A stretch of DNA of 64,000 nucleotides from Eledone cirrhosa. Lineage: Eukaryota. Under the pieces are notes generated by a model. It had not been told where the DNA came from. It ran no database searches and saw only the letters and a program-made list of their open reading frames with translations. Positions 37,203 to 49,100 of this stretch are shown here, piece by piece. Positions within the stretch are counted from its first letter, which is position 1. Each line of letters starts with the position of its first letter. The DNA lies in the NCBI GenBank assembly GCA_964016885.1, contig OZ024743.1, positions 281,294,001 to 281,358,000 of the forward strand, given 5' to 3'. The translations under genes were made by a program, and so were the position numbers.

Positions 37203-38748
37203 TATATTTACTTAAGATATTTAACTATTTATGAAACTTGGCGATAAATCTTTCGATTCCTTCAATTTTTTAAAACCTTCTTCATGAGTATATAATTAAT
37301 GAGATTAATTAAACTACCCTAAAATGGTGATGCTCCCAATCTATTGAATACATTTTTAAGCTAGATAAACTTCTATAATAAATATAAGAGCATTTGTAGA
37401 ACAACTGGGTATCCATAAATTTTTTTTGAATGATTTCTGCTAAATAAGTTTTGTTGAATAATTTTGGTTTTGTTTGCTTTTGATTCTGATTGCTTCTAAT
37501 GAACTTGACAATATATTGTCAAATAAATTGGAAGGGTGGTTTTCTGTGGTTGATATGCGTGGCATACTATGTTTTCTTACGTCCCTAGATACTCTGGGGA
37601 ATATTCTTGGCGTTTTTAATATATTGATATCTGTTGTCTATTCTATGCTTGAACGATAATCATGTAAGTGAGGGCAAGAATATTATTATTAATATTAATG
37701 TATATTTTATGTCTATATATATATGTATGTACATATATGTATGGTGGAATCTTTTGTAACGCAATGAAGATTTTCATGAAAAATAAGAATTTACAGAGCC
37801 GATCACGTAAATTCACATGTGTGTCTATAATTGTCAACTTGAATTTGAGATAACCTTCTCTTTTCTCTTTTTCTCTTTTCATGAAAATACATATATACTT
37901 ATGTATTTCAGTATTTTTGAAGTTTTATCTCAGATTTTGATTATAAACCTAAGAATTTTAAAACTAAACATAGGGTCATTATTTTTTCATTTTTTCACAC
38001 ATTATTGATATGTGTCTCATTCATGAATATTGATATTTACATTATAATATTATAATACCTAATTCATATGAATTGATAATTCAAATGGATGAAACATAAT
38101 ATTTTAAATCTATCATCTTTCTTTCTGAATATATCTATTTTTTCTCCCCTTCCCTCTACACTTGACGGGATTTATGTATCGGCTGATTTAACTGTATCTC
38201 TCCCACCTCGTATGATAGATATTACTCGATCTACCTCTTTTCTCCCACCACCTATATCTCTCTCTACCTCTCTTTATTTATTTTTATTTTTATTTTTATT
38301 TTTATTTTTATTTCTCTCCGTATCCTTAACACTATAACTAAATAAATAAATAAATAAATAATTACAGTACCCCCTTCCCTCCTTAATCTCTCATTTGTAC
38401 GTTGATCATCTGTGCCCAAGCTGCCTATCATTTTTCACTTCCTCAATATATTTCTCTCTCCCATATCTCTTTCTCTCTCTATCTCGCTCTGTTGTTTTTT
38501 TTCTTTACATACATCTCTTCATCTTCTTCGTCTTCCTCTCTAACTGTCCTTAGCACTATACACTTTCTTTCTTCTTCTCTTCGTCCTTAGCACTATACAC
38601 TTTCCTTCTTTTTTCTCTCCGTCTTTTTTTTTCTCTTCGTCTTTCTTTCTAACTGTCCTTAACATTTTCACTACCAAATCAACTTTTTAAATGGAAGTTG
38701 TAATGTTTAAGGTATGTCAAATTTATTTATAAAACGGTTTATATATTG

Positions 38749-38814
38749 TATTTTGTCTGAGGAAGGCATACCATATTTTTAATATGATATCCCTGAAATA
38801 TATATAATGAAATA
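38749..38814 (+). ncRNA. Type I hammerhead near the 3' end of the PLE insertion
   Basis: TATTTTGT-CTGAGGA-AGGCATACCATATT ttt AATATGATATCCCT-GAAA-TATATA-TA-ATGAAATA. Decayed minus-strand relatives at about 26910-27010 and 34360-34460. Confidence 0.8.
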
Positions 38815-39116
38815 AATATGGTTTTATAAATATAGTTTCCATTTGTTTAATATCGTAAATCTACTCCAAAACTTGTTGAGTGCTTTTATATCAGTTATAA
38901 AATATTTACTCGTTGTAACCCAACAATTTTAAATAAAACGTTTGCATATATATACATATAAATATATATGTGTGTGTGTGTGTATGTTTATTTGTTTGTT
39001 TGCATATGCTCATATATATACATGTGTGTGGGGGGGGTGTATGTGCACCATAGATACATACACCTTTACAAGTTCCCCTTCCTCGCCATATGCCGAAGTT
39101 AGAGAAGAATGGAGAA

Positions 39117-40050
39117 AGGTGGGATGGATTAGGACGAGGTGGGGTTGGGTTGGATGGGGTAGGGTTGGCTGGATTGGGGTGTGGTGGGGTGGGGTACGGT
39201 TGGATGGATCGGGGTGGGGTGGGGTACGGTTGGATGGATTGGGGTGGGGTGGGGTACGGTTGGGTGCATTGGGGTGGGGTGGGGTGGGGTGGGGTACGGT
39301 TGGATGGATTGGGGTGGGGTGGGGTACGGTTGGGTGGATTGGGGTGGGGTGGGGTGGGGTGGGGTACGGTTGGATGAATTGGGTGTGGGGGGTTGGATGG
39401 ATGGGGGTTGGATGGATTGGGAGAGGTGGGGTGGGTAGGGTTGGATGGATTGGGGTGGGGTGGGGTGGGGTGAGGTAGAGTTGGATGGGTTTGGGTGGGG
39501 TGGGGTGGGATGGGGTAGCGTTGGATGGGTTTGGGTGCGGTAGGGTGGGTAGGGTTGGATGGATTGGGTGTGGTGGGGTGGGTAGGGTTGGATGAATTCG
39601 GGTGGGGTGGGATGAGGTAGGGTTGGATAGGTTGGGGTGGGGTGGGTAGGGTTGGATGGATTGGGTTGTGGTGGGGTGGGATAGGGTAGTGTTGGATGGA
39701 TTCGGGTGCGGTGGGGTGGGATGAGGTAGCGTTGGATGGGTTGGGTGTGGTGGGGTGGGTAGGGTTGGATGGATTGGGTGTGGTAGGGTGGGTAGGGTTG
39801 GATGGATTGGGGTGGGGTGTGGTGGGGTGGGTAGGGTTGGATGGATTGGGGTGGGGTGTGGTGGGGTGGGTAAGGTTGGATGGATTCGGGTGGGGTGGGA
39901 TGAGGTAGGGTTGGTTGGGTTGGGGTGTGATGGGGTGGGTAGGGTTGGATGTATTGGGGTGTGGTGGGGTGGGATAGGGTAGTGTTGGATGGATTCGGGT
40001 AGGGTGGGGTAGGATGAGGTAGGGTTGGATGGGTTGGGGTGAGGTGGGGT
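39117..40050 (+). repeat. G-rich GGGGT minisatellite, copy B
   Basis: Direct reading. Confidence 0.92.
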
Positions 40051-40173
40051 GCGTTACAGACAAATAAACATGTAAATAAATGAATAAATTCCCAAACTCC
40101 ACGTTCCCATGACAACAGAGTTCAAAACTCAGGGTCATCAGCAAGGTCTTGTAACTGTTACATGGATCCGTTA

Positions 40174-43100
40174 ATGATGGTAGTGGTTGGTGTTGTTGTG
40201 GTAGTGGTGGTGGTAGTGGTTGGTGTTGTTGTGGTAGTGGTGGTGGTAGTGGTTGGTGTTGTTGTGGTAGTGGTGGTAGTGGTTGGTGTTGTTGTGGTAG
40301 TGGTGATGGTAGTGGTTGGTGTTGTCGTGGTAGTGGTGGTAGTGGTTGGTGTTGTTGTGGTAGTGGTGATGGTAGTGGTTGGTGTTGTCGTGGTAGTGGT
40401 GGTAGTGGTTGGTGTTGTTGTGGTAGTGGTGATGGTAGTGGTTGGTGTTGTTGTGGTAGTGGTGGTGGTAGTGGTTGGTGTTGTTGTGGTAGTGGTGGTA
40501 GTGGTTGGTGTTGTTGTGGTAGTGGTGATGGTAGTGGTTGGTATTGTCGTGGTAGTGGTGGTAGTGGTTGGTGTTGTTGTGGTAGTGGTGGTAGTGGTTG
40601 GTGTTGTTGTGGTAGTGGTGGTAGAGGTGGTTGGTGTTGTTGTTGTAGTGGTGGTAGTGGTTGGTGTTGTTGTGGTAGTGGTGGTGGTAGTGGTTGGTGT
40701 TGTTGTGGTAGTGGTGGTAGTGGTTGGTGTTGTTGTGGTAGTGGTGGTAGTGGTTGGTGTTGTTGTGGTAGTGGTGGTAGAGGTGGTTGGTGTTGTTGTG
40801 ATAGTGGTGGTAGTGGTTGGTGTTGTTGTGGTAGTGGTGGTGGTAGTGGTTGGTGTTGTTGTGGTAGTGATGGTAGTGGTTGGTGTTGTTGTGGTAGTGG
40901 TGGTAGTGGTTGGTGTTGTTGTGGTAGTGGTGGTAGTGGTGGTTGGTGTTGTGGTAGTGGTGGTGGTGGTGGTTGGTGTTGTGGTGGTAGTGGTGATGGT
41001 AGTGGTTGGTGTTGTTGTGGTAGTGGTGGTGGTAGTGGTTGGTGTTGTTGTGGTAGTGGTGGTAGTGGTTGGTGTTGTTGTGGTAGTGGTGATGGTAGTG
41101 GTTGGTGTTGTCGTGATAGTGGTGGTAGTGGTTGGTGTTGTTGTGGTAGTGGTGGTAGTGGTTGGTGTTGTTGTGGTAGTGGTGGTAGTGGTTGGTGTTG
41201 TTGTGGTAGTGGTGCTATTGGTTGGTGTTGTTGTGGTAGTGGTGATGGTAGTGGTTGGTGTTGTTGTGGTGGTGGTGTGGTAGTGGTTGTTGTTGTTGTG
41301 GTAGTGGTGGTAGTGGTTGGTGTTGTTGTGGTAGTGGTGATGGTAGTGGTTGGTGTTGTCGTGGTAGTGGTGGTAGTGGTTGGTGTTGTTGTGGTAGTGG
41401 TGGTAGTGGTTGGTGTTGTTGTGGTGGTGGTGTGGTAGTGGTTGTTGTTGTTGTGGTAGTGGTGGTAGTGGTTGGTGTTGTTGTGGTAGTGGTGGTATTG
41501 GTTGGTGTTGTTGTGGTAGTGGTGATGGTAGTGGTTGGTGTTGTTGTGGTGGTGGTGGTAGTGGTTGGTGTTGTTGTGGTAGTGGTGGTAGTGGTTGGTG
41601 TTGTTGTGGTAGTGGTAGTAGTGGTTGGTGTTGTTGTGGTAGTGGTGGTAGTGGTTGGTGTTGTTGTGGTAGTGGTGATGGTAGTGGTTGGTGTTGTTGT
41701 GGTGGTGATGGTAGTGGTTAGTGTTGTTGTGGTGGTGGTGGTAGTGGTTGGTGTTGTTGTGTTAGTGATGGTGGTAGTGGTTGGTGTTGTTGTGGTAGTG
41801 GTGATGGTAGTGGTTGGTGTTGTTGTGGTAGTGGTGATGGTAGTGGTTGGTGTTGTTGTGGTAGTGGTGGTAGTGGTTGGTGTTGTTGTGGTAGTGGTGA
41901 TGGTAGTGGTTGGTGTTGTTGTGGTAGTGGTGATGGTAGTGGTTGGTGTTATTGTGGTAGTGGTGGTAGTGGTTGGTGTTGTTGTGGTAGTGGTGGTAGT
42001 AGTGGTTGGTGTTGTTGTGGTAGTGGTTGGTGGTAGTGGTTGGTGTTGTTGTGGTAGTGGTGATGGTAGTGGTTGGTGTTGTTGTGGTAGTGGTGGTAGT
42101 GGTTGGTGTTGTTGTGGTAGTGGTGATGGTAGTGGTTGGTGTTGTTGTGGTAGTGGTGGTAGTGGTTGGTGTTGTTGTGGTAGTGGTTGTAGTGGTTGGT
42201 GTTGTTGTGGTGGTGGTGGTGGTGGTTGGTGTTGTTGTGGTAGTGGTGATGGTAGTGGTTGGTGTTGTGGTGGTGGTGATGGTAGTGGTTGGTGTTGTGT
42301 TGGTGGTGATGGTAGTGGTTGGTGTTGTTGTGGTAGTGGTTGTGGTTGGTGTTGTTGTGGTAGTGGTGATTGTGGTGGTTGGTGTTATGGTGGTGGTGGT
42401 GATGGTAGTGGTTGGTATTGTGGTAGTGGTCATGGTAGTGTTTGGTGTTATGGTGGTGGTGGTGATATGTAGTGGTTGGTGTTGTTGTGGTTGTGGTGAT
42501 GGTGGTGGTTGGTGTTGTTGTGGTGGTGGTGATGGTAATGGTTGGTGTTGGTGTGGTGGTGGTGATGGTAGTGGTTGGTGTTGTTGTGGTAGTGGTGGTA
42601 GTGGTTGGTGTTGTTGTGGTAGTGGTGATGGTAGTGGTTGGTGTTGTTGTGGTAGTGGTGGTAGTGGTTGGTGTTGTTGTGGTAGTGGTTGTAGTGGTTG
42701 GTGTTGTTGTGGTGGTGGTGGTGGTGGTTGGTGTTGTTGTGGTAGTGGTGATGGTAGTGGTTGGTGTTGTGGTGGTGGTGATGGTAGTGGTTGGTGTTGT
42801 GTTGGTGGTGATGGTAGTGGTTGGTGTTGTTGTGGTAGTGGTTGTGGTTGGTGTTGTTGTGGTAGTGGTGATTGTGGTGGTTGGTGTTATGGTGGTGGTG
42901 GTGATGGTAGTGGTTGGTATTGTGGTAGTGGTCATGGTAGTGTTTGGTGTTATGGTGGTGGTGGTGATATGTAGTGGTTGGTGTTGTTGTGGTTGTGGTG
43001 ATGGTGGTGGTTGGTGTTGTTGTGGTGGTGGTGATGGTAATGGTTGGTGTTGGTGTGGTGGTGGTGATGGTAGTGGTTGGTGTTGTTGTGGTGGTGGTGA

Positions 43101-46100
43101 TGGTGGTGGTTGGTGTTGTGGTAGTGGTGATGGTAGTGGTTGGTGTTATGTTAGTTGTGGTGATGGTAGTGGTTGGTGTTATGGTGGTGGTGGTGATGGT
43201 CGTGGTTGGTGTTGTTGTGGTGGTGGTGATGATGGTGGTTGATGTTGTTGTGGTAGTGGTGATGGTAGTGGTTGGTGTTTTTGTGGTAGTGGTGATGGTG
43301 GTGGTTGGTGTTATAGTGGTGGTGGTGATGGTAGTGGTTGGTTTTGTTGTGGTGGTGGTGATGGTGGTGGTTAGTGTTGTTTTGGTAGTGGTGATGGTAG
43401 TGGTTGGTGTTATGGTGGTGGTGGTGGTGGTAGTGGTTGGTGTTGTTGTGATGGTGGTGATGTGGTGGTTGGTGTTGTTGTGGTGGTGGTGATGGTAGTG
43501 GTTGGTGTTGTTGTGGTGGTGGTGATGGTGGTGGTTGGTGTTGTTGTGGTGGTGGTGATGGTGGTGGTTGGTGTTGTGGTAGTGGTGATGGTAGTGGTTG
43601 GTGTTATGTTAGTTGTGGTGATGGTAGTGGTTGGTGTTATGGTGGTGGTGGTGATGGTCGTGGTTGGTGTTGTTGTGGTGGTGGTGATGGTGGTGGTTGA
43701 TGTTGTTGTGGTAGTGGTGATGGTAGTGGTTGGTGTTTTTGTGGTAGTGGTGATGGTGGTGGTTGGTATTATAGTGGTGGTGGTGATGGTAGTGGTTGGT
43801 TTTGTTGTGGTGGTGGTGATGGTGGTGGTTAGTGTTGTTTTGGTAGTGGTGATGGTAGTGGTTGGTGTTATGGTGGTGGTGGTGGTGGTAGTGGTTGGTG
43901 TTGTTGTGGTGGTGGTGATGGTAGTGGTTGATGTTATGGTGGTGGTGATGATGGTAGTGGTTGATGTTGTTGTGGTGGTGGTGATGGTGGTGGTTGGTGT
44001 TGTGGTAGTGATGATGTTAGTGGTTGGTGTTGTTGTGGTGGTGGTGATGGTAGTGGTTGATGTTATGGTGGTGGTGATGATGGTAGTGGTTGATGTTGTT
44101 GTGGTGGTGGTGATGGTGGTGGTTGGTGTTGTGGTAGTGATGATGTTAGTGGTTGGTGTTGTTGTGGTAGTGGTGATGGTGGTGGTTGGTGTTATGGTGG
44201 TGGTGGTGATGGTAGTGGTTGGTGTTGTTGTGGTGGTGGTGATGGTGGTGGTTGGTGTTTTTGTGGTAGTGGTGATGGTAGTGGTTGGTGTTGTTGTGGT
44301 AGTGGTGATGGTAGTGGTAGGTGTTGTTGTGGTGGTGGTGATGGTGGTGATTGGTGTTGTTGTGGTGGTGGTGATGGTAGTGGTTGGTGTTCTTGTGGTA
44401 GTGGTGATGGTACTGGTTGGTGTTGTGGTAGTGGTGATGGTAGTGGTTGGTGTTGTTGTGGTGGTGGTGATAGTGGTTGTTGGTGTTTTGTGGTAGTGGT
44501 TGGTGTTGTTGTGGTAGTGGTGATGGTAGTGGTTGGTGTTGTCGTGGTGATGGTGATGGTGGTGGTTGGTGTTGTTGTGGTGGTGGTGATGGTAGTGGTT
44601 GGTGTTGTTGTGGTGGCGGTGATGGTAGTGGTTGGTGTTGTTGTGGTGGTGTTGATGGTAGTGGTTGGTGTTGTTGTGGTGGTGGTGACAGTGGTGGTTG
44701 GTGTTGTTGTTGTGGTGGTGATGGTGGTTGTTGCTGTTGTGGTGATGGTGGTGATGGTGGTGGTTGGTGTTGTGGTGATGGTGGTGATGGTAGTGGTTGC
44801 TGTTGTTGTGGTGGTGGTGACAGTGGTGGTTGGTGTTGTTGTTGTGGTCGTGATGGTGGTGGTTGGTGTTGTGGTGATGGTGGTGGTGGTGGTGGTTGGT
44901 GTTGTTGTTGTGGTGGTGATGGTGGTGGTTGGTGTTGTGGTAGTGGTGATGGTAGTGGTTGGTGTTGTTGTTGTGGTGGTGATGGTAGGGGTTGGTGTTG
45001 TTGTGGTGGTGGTGATGGTGGTGGTTGGTGTTGTTGTAGTGGAGGTGGTGATGGTGGTGGTTGGTGTTGTTGTGGTGGTGATGATGGTAGTGTTTGGTGT
45101 TGTGGTGGTGATGGTGTATGGTGTTGTTGTTGTGGTGGTGATGGTAGTGGTTGGTGTTGTTGTGGTGGTGGTGGTGGTGGTGGTGGTGGTGGTGGTGGTG
45201 GTGGTGGTGGTGGTGGTTGTTGTTGTTGAGGTGGTCGTGATGGTAGTGGTTGGTGTTGTTGTTGTGGTGGTGATGGTGGTGGTTGGTGTTGTTGTGGTGG
45301 TGGTGATGGTGGTGGTTGGTGTTGTTGTGGTGGTGGTGTAGGTGGTGGTTGGTGTTGTTGTGGTAGTGGTGATGGTGGTGGTTGGTGTTATGGTGGTGGT
45401 GGTGATGGTAGTGGTTACTGTTGTTGTGGTAGTGGTGATGGTGGTAGTTGGTGTTATGGTGATGGTGGTGATGGTAGTGGTTGGTGTTGTTGTGGTGGTG
45501 GTGATGGTGGTGGTTGGTGTTGTTGTTCTGGTGGTGATGGTAGTGGTTGGTGTTGTTGTGGTGGTGGTGGTGGTGATGATTGGTGTTTGTTGTGGTGGTG
45601 GTGGTGGTTGTGATGGTAGTGGTTGGTGTTTTTGTGGTAGTGGTGATGGTGCTGGTTGGTGTTATGGTGGTGGTGGTGATGGTAGTGGTTGGTGTTGTTG
45701 TGGTGGTGGTGATGGTAGAGGTTGGTGTTGTTGTGGTAGTGGTGATGGTGGTGGTTGGTGTTATGGTGGTGGTGGTGATTGTAGTGGTTGGTGTTGTTGT
45801 GGTGGTGGTGATGGTGGTGGTTGGTGTTGTTGTGGTAGTGGTGATGGTAGTGGTTGGTGTTATGGTGGTGGTGGTGATGGTAGTGGTTGGTGTTGTTGTG
45901 GTAGTGGTGATGGTAGTTGTTGGTGTTGTTGTGGTGGTGGTGATGGTGGTGGTTGTTGTTGTTGTGGTGGTGGTGATGGTAGTGGTTGGTGTTTTTGTGG
46001 TAGTGGTGATGGTAGTGGTTGGTGTTGTGGTAGTGGTCATGGTAGTGGTTGGTGTTGTTGTGGTGGTGGTGATGTTGGCTGTTGGTGTTGTTGTGGTAGT

Positions 46101-49100
46101 GGTGATGGTAGTGGTTGGTGTTGTTGTGGTAGTGGTGATGGTTGTGGTTGGTGTTGTGGTACTGGTGATGGTAGTGGTTGGTGTTATGTTAGTGGTGGTG
46201 ATGGTAGTGGTTGGTGTTGTTGTGGTAGTGGTGATGGTGGTGGTTGGTGTTATGGTGTTGGTGGTGATGGTCGTGGTTGGTGTTGTTGTGGTGGTGGTGA
46301 TGGTGGTGGTTGATGTTGTTGTGGTAGTGGTGATGGTAGTGGTTGGTGTTTTTGTTGTAGTGGTGATGGTGGTGGTTGGTGTTATGGTGGTGGTGGTGAT
46401 GGTAGTGGTTGGTTTTGTTGTGGTGGTGGTGATGGTGGTGGTTAGTGTTGTTTTGGTAGTGGTGATGGTAGTGGTTGGTGTTATGGTGGTGGTGGTGGTG
46501 GTAGTGGTTGGTGTTGTTGTGATGGTGGTGATGTGGTGGTTGGTGTTGTTGTGGTGGTGGTGATGGTAGTGGTTGGTGTTGTTGTGGTGGTGGTGATGGT
46601 GGTGGTTGGTGTTGTTGTGGTGGTGGTGATGGTGCTGGTTGGTGTTGTTGTGGTGGTGGTGATGGTAGTGGTTGGTGTTGTTGTGGTGGTGGTGATGGTG
46701 CTGGTTGGTGTTGTTGTGGTGGTGGTGGTGGTAGTGGTTGATGTTGTTGTGGTGGAGGTGGTGATGGTAGTGGTTGGTGTTGTTGTGGTGGTGATGATGG
46801 TAGTGGTTGGTGTTGTTGTGGTGGAGGTGGTGATGGTGGTGGTTGGTGTTGTGGTAGTGGTGATGGTAGTGGTTGGTGTTATGTTAGTGGTGGTGATGGT
46901 AGTGGTTGGTGTTGTTGTGGTCGTGGTGATGGTGGTGGTTGGTGTTATGGTGGTGGTGGTGATGGTAGTGGTTGGTTTTGTTGTGGTGGTGGTGATGGTG
47001 GTGGTGGTTGTTGTTGTTGAGGTGGTCGTGATGGTAGTGGTTGGTGTTGTTGTGGTGGTGGTGATGGTGGTGGTTGGTGTTGTTGTGGTGGTGGTGATGG
47101 TAGTGGTTGGTGTTGTTATGGTGGTGGTGATGGTGGTGGTTGGTGTTGTTGTGGTGGTGGTGATGGTGGTGGTTGGTGTTGTTGTGGTGGTGGTGATGGT
47201 AGTGGTTGATGTTATGGTGGTGGTGGTGATGTTAGTGGTTGATGTTGTTGTGGTGGTGGTGATGGTGGTGGTTGGTATTGTGGTAGTGATGATGTTAGTG
47301 GTTGGTGTTGTTGTGGTAGTGGTGATGGTGGTGGTTGGTGTTATGGTGGTGGTGGTGATGGTAGTGGTTGGTGTTGTTGTGGTGGTGGTGATGGTGGTGG
47401 TTGGTGTTTTTGTGGTAGTGGTGATGGTAGTGGTTGGTGTTGTTGTGGTAGTGGTGATGGTAGTGGTAGGTGTTGTTGTGGTGGTGGTGATTGGTGTTGT
47501 TGTGGTGGTGGTGATGGTAGTGGTTGGTGTTCTTGTGGTAGTGGTGATGGTACTGGTTGGTGTTGTGGTAGTGGTGATGGTAGTGGTTGGTGTTGTTGTG
47601 GTGGTGGTGATAGTGGTTGTTGGTGTTTTGTGGTAGTGGTTGGTGTTGTTGTGGTAGTGGTGATGGTAGTGGTTGGTGTTGTCGTGGTGATGGTGATGGT
47701 GGTGGTTGGTGTTGTTGTGGTGGTGGTGATGGCAGTGGTTGGTGTTGTTGTGGTGGCGGTGATGGTAGTGGTTGGTGTTGTTGTGGTGGTGTTGATGGTA
47801 GTGGTTGGTGTTGTTGTGGTGGTGGTGATGGTGCTGGTTGGTGTTGTTGTGGTGGTGGTGATGGTAGTGGTTGATGTTGTTGTGGTGGAGGTGGTGATGG
47901 TAGTGGTTGGTGTTGTTGTGGTGGTGATGATGGTAGTGGTTGGTGTTGTTGTGGTGGAGGTGGTGATGGTGGTAGTTGGTGTTATGGTGGTGGTGGTGAT
48001 GGTAGTGGTTGATGTTGTTGTGGAGGTGGTGATGGTGGTGGTTGGTGTTGTGGTAGTGATGGTGTTAGTGGTTGGTGTTGTTGTGATAGTGGTGATGGTG
48101 GTGGTTGGTCTTGTGGTAGTGATGATGTTAGTGGTTGGTGTTGTTGTGATAGTGGTGATGGTGGTGGTTGGTGTTATGGTGGTGGTGGTGATGGTAGTGG
48201 TTGGTGTTGTTGTGGTGGTGGTGATGGTGGTGGTTGGTGTGTTTGTGGTAGTGGTGATGGTAGTGGTTGGTGTTGTTGTGGTAGTGGTGATGGTAGTGGT
48301 AGGTGTTGTTGTGGTGGTGGTGATGGTGGTGATTGGTGTTGTTGTGGTGGTGGTGATGGTAGTGGTTGGTGTTCTTGTGGTAGTGGTGATGTTAGTGGTT
48401 GGTGTTGTGGTAGTGGTGATGGTAGTGGTTGGTGTTGTTGTGGTGGTGGTGATAGTGGTTGTTGGTGTTTTGTGGTAGTGGTTGGTGTTGTTGTGGTAGT
48501 GGTGATGGTAGTGGTTGGTGTTGTCGTGGTGATGGTGATGGTGGTGGTTGGTATTGTTGTGGTGGTGGTGATGGTGGTGGTTGGTGTTGTTGTGGTAGTG
48601 GTGATGGTAGTGGTTAGTGTTGTTGTTGTGGTGGTGATGGTAGTGGTTGGTGTTGTTGTGGTAGTGGTGATGGCAGTGGTTGGTGTTGTTGTGGTGGCGG
48701 TGATGGTAGTGGTTGGTGTTGTTGTGGTGGTGTTGATGGTAGTGGTTGGTGTTGTTGTGGTGGTGGTGACAGTGGTGGTTGGTGTTGTTGTTGTGGTGGT
48801 GATGGTGGTTGTTGGTGTTGTGGTGATGGTGGTGATGGTGGTGGTTGGCGTTGTGGTGATGGTGGTGATGGTAGTGGTTGATGTTGTTGTGGTGGTGGTG
48901 ACAGTGGTGGTTGGTGTTGTTGTTGTGGGCGTGATGGTGGTGGTTGGTGTTGTGGTGATGGTGGTGGTGGTGGTTGGTGTTGTTGTTGTGGTGGTGATGG
49001 TGGTGGTTGGTGTTGTGGTGGTGGTGATGATAGTGGTTGGTGTTGTTGTTGTGGTGGTGATGGTAGGAGTTGGTGTTGTTGTGGTGGTGGTGATGGTGGT

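Larger units (their letters stand above)
35147..38945 (+). mobile_element. Penelope-like element insertion with 5' inversion and 3' hammerhead
   Basis: Absent from the paralogous site (about 27750). 35147-35789 is the reverse complement of 36262-36914; ATATATATACATA on both flanks. Confidence 0.85.

Noticed and set aside
36770-37300. Selenocysteine codons or SECIS as in some Naiad PLEs
   Set aside because: All conserved Cys are TGT/TGC and no convincing SECIS stem was seen after the stop.
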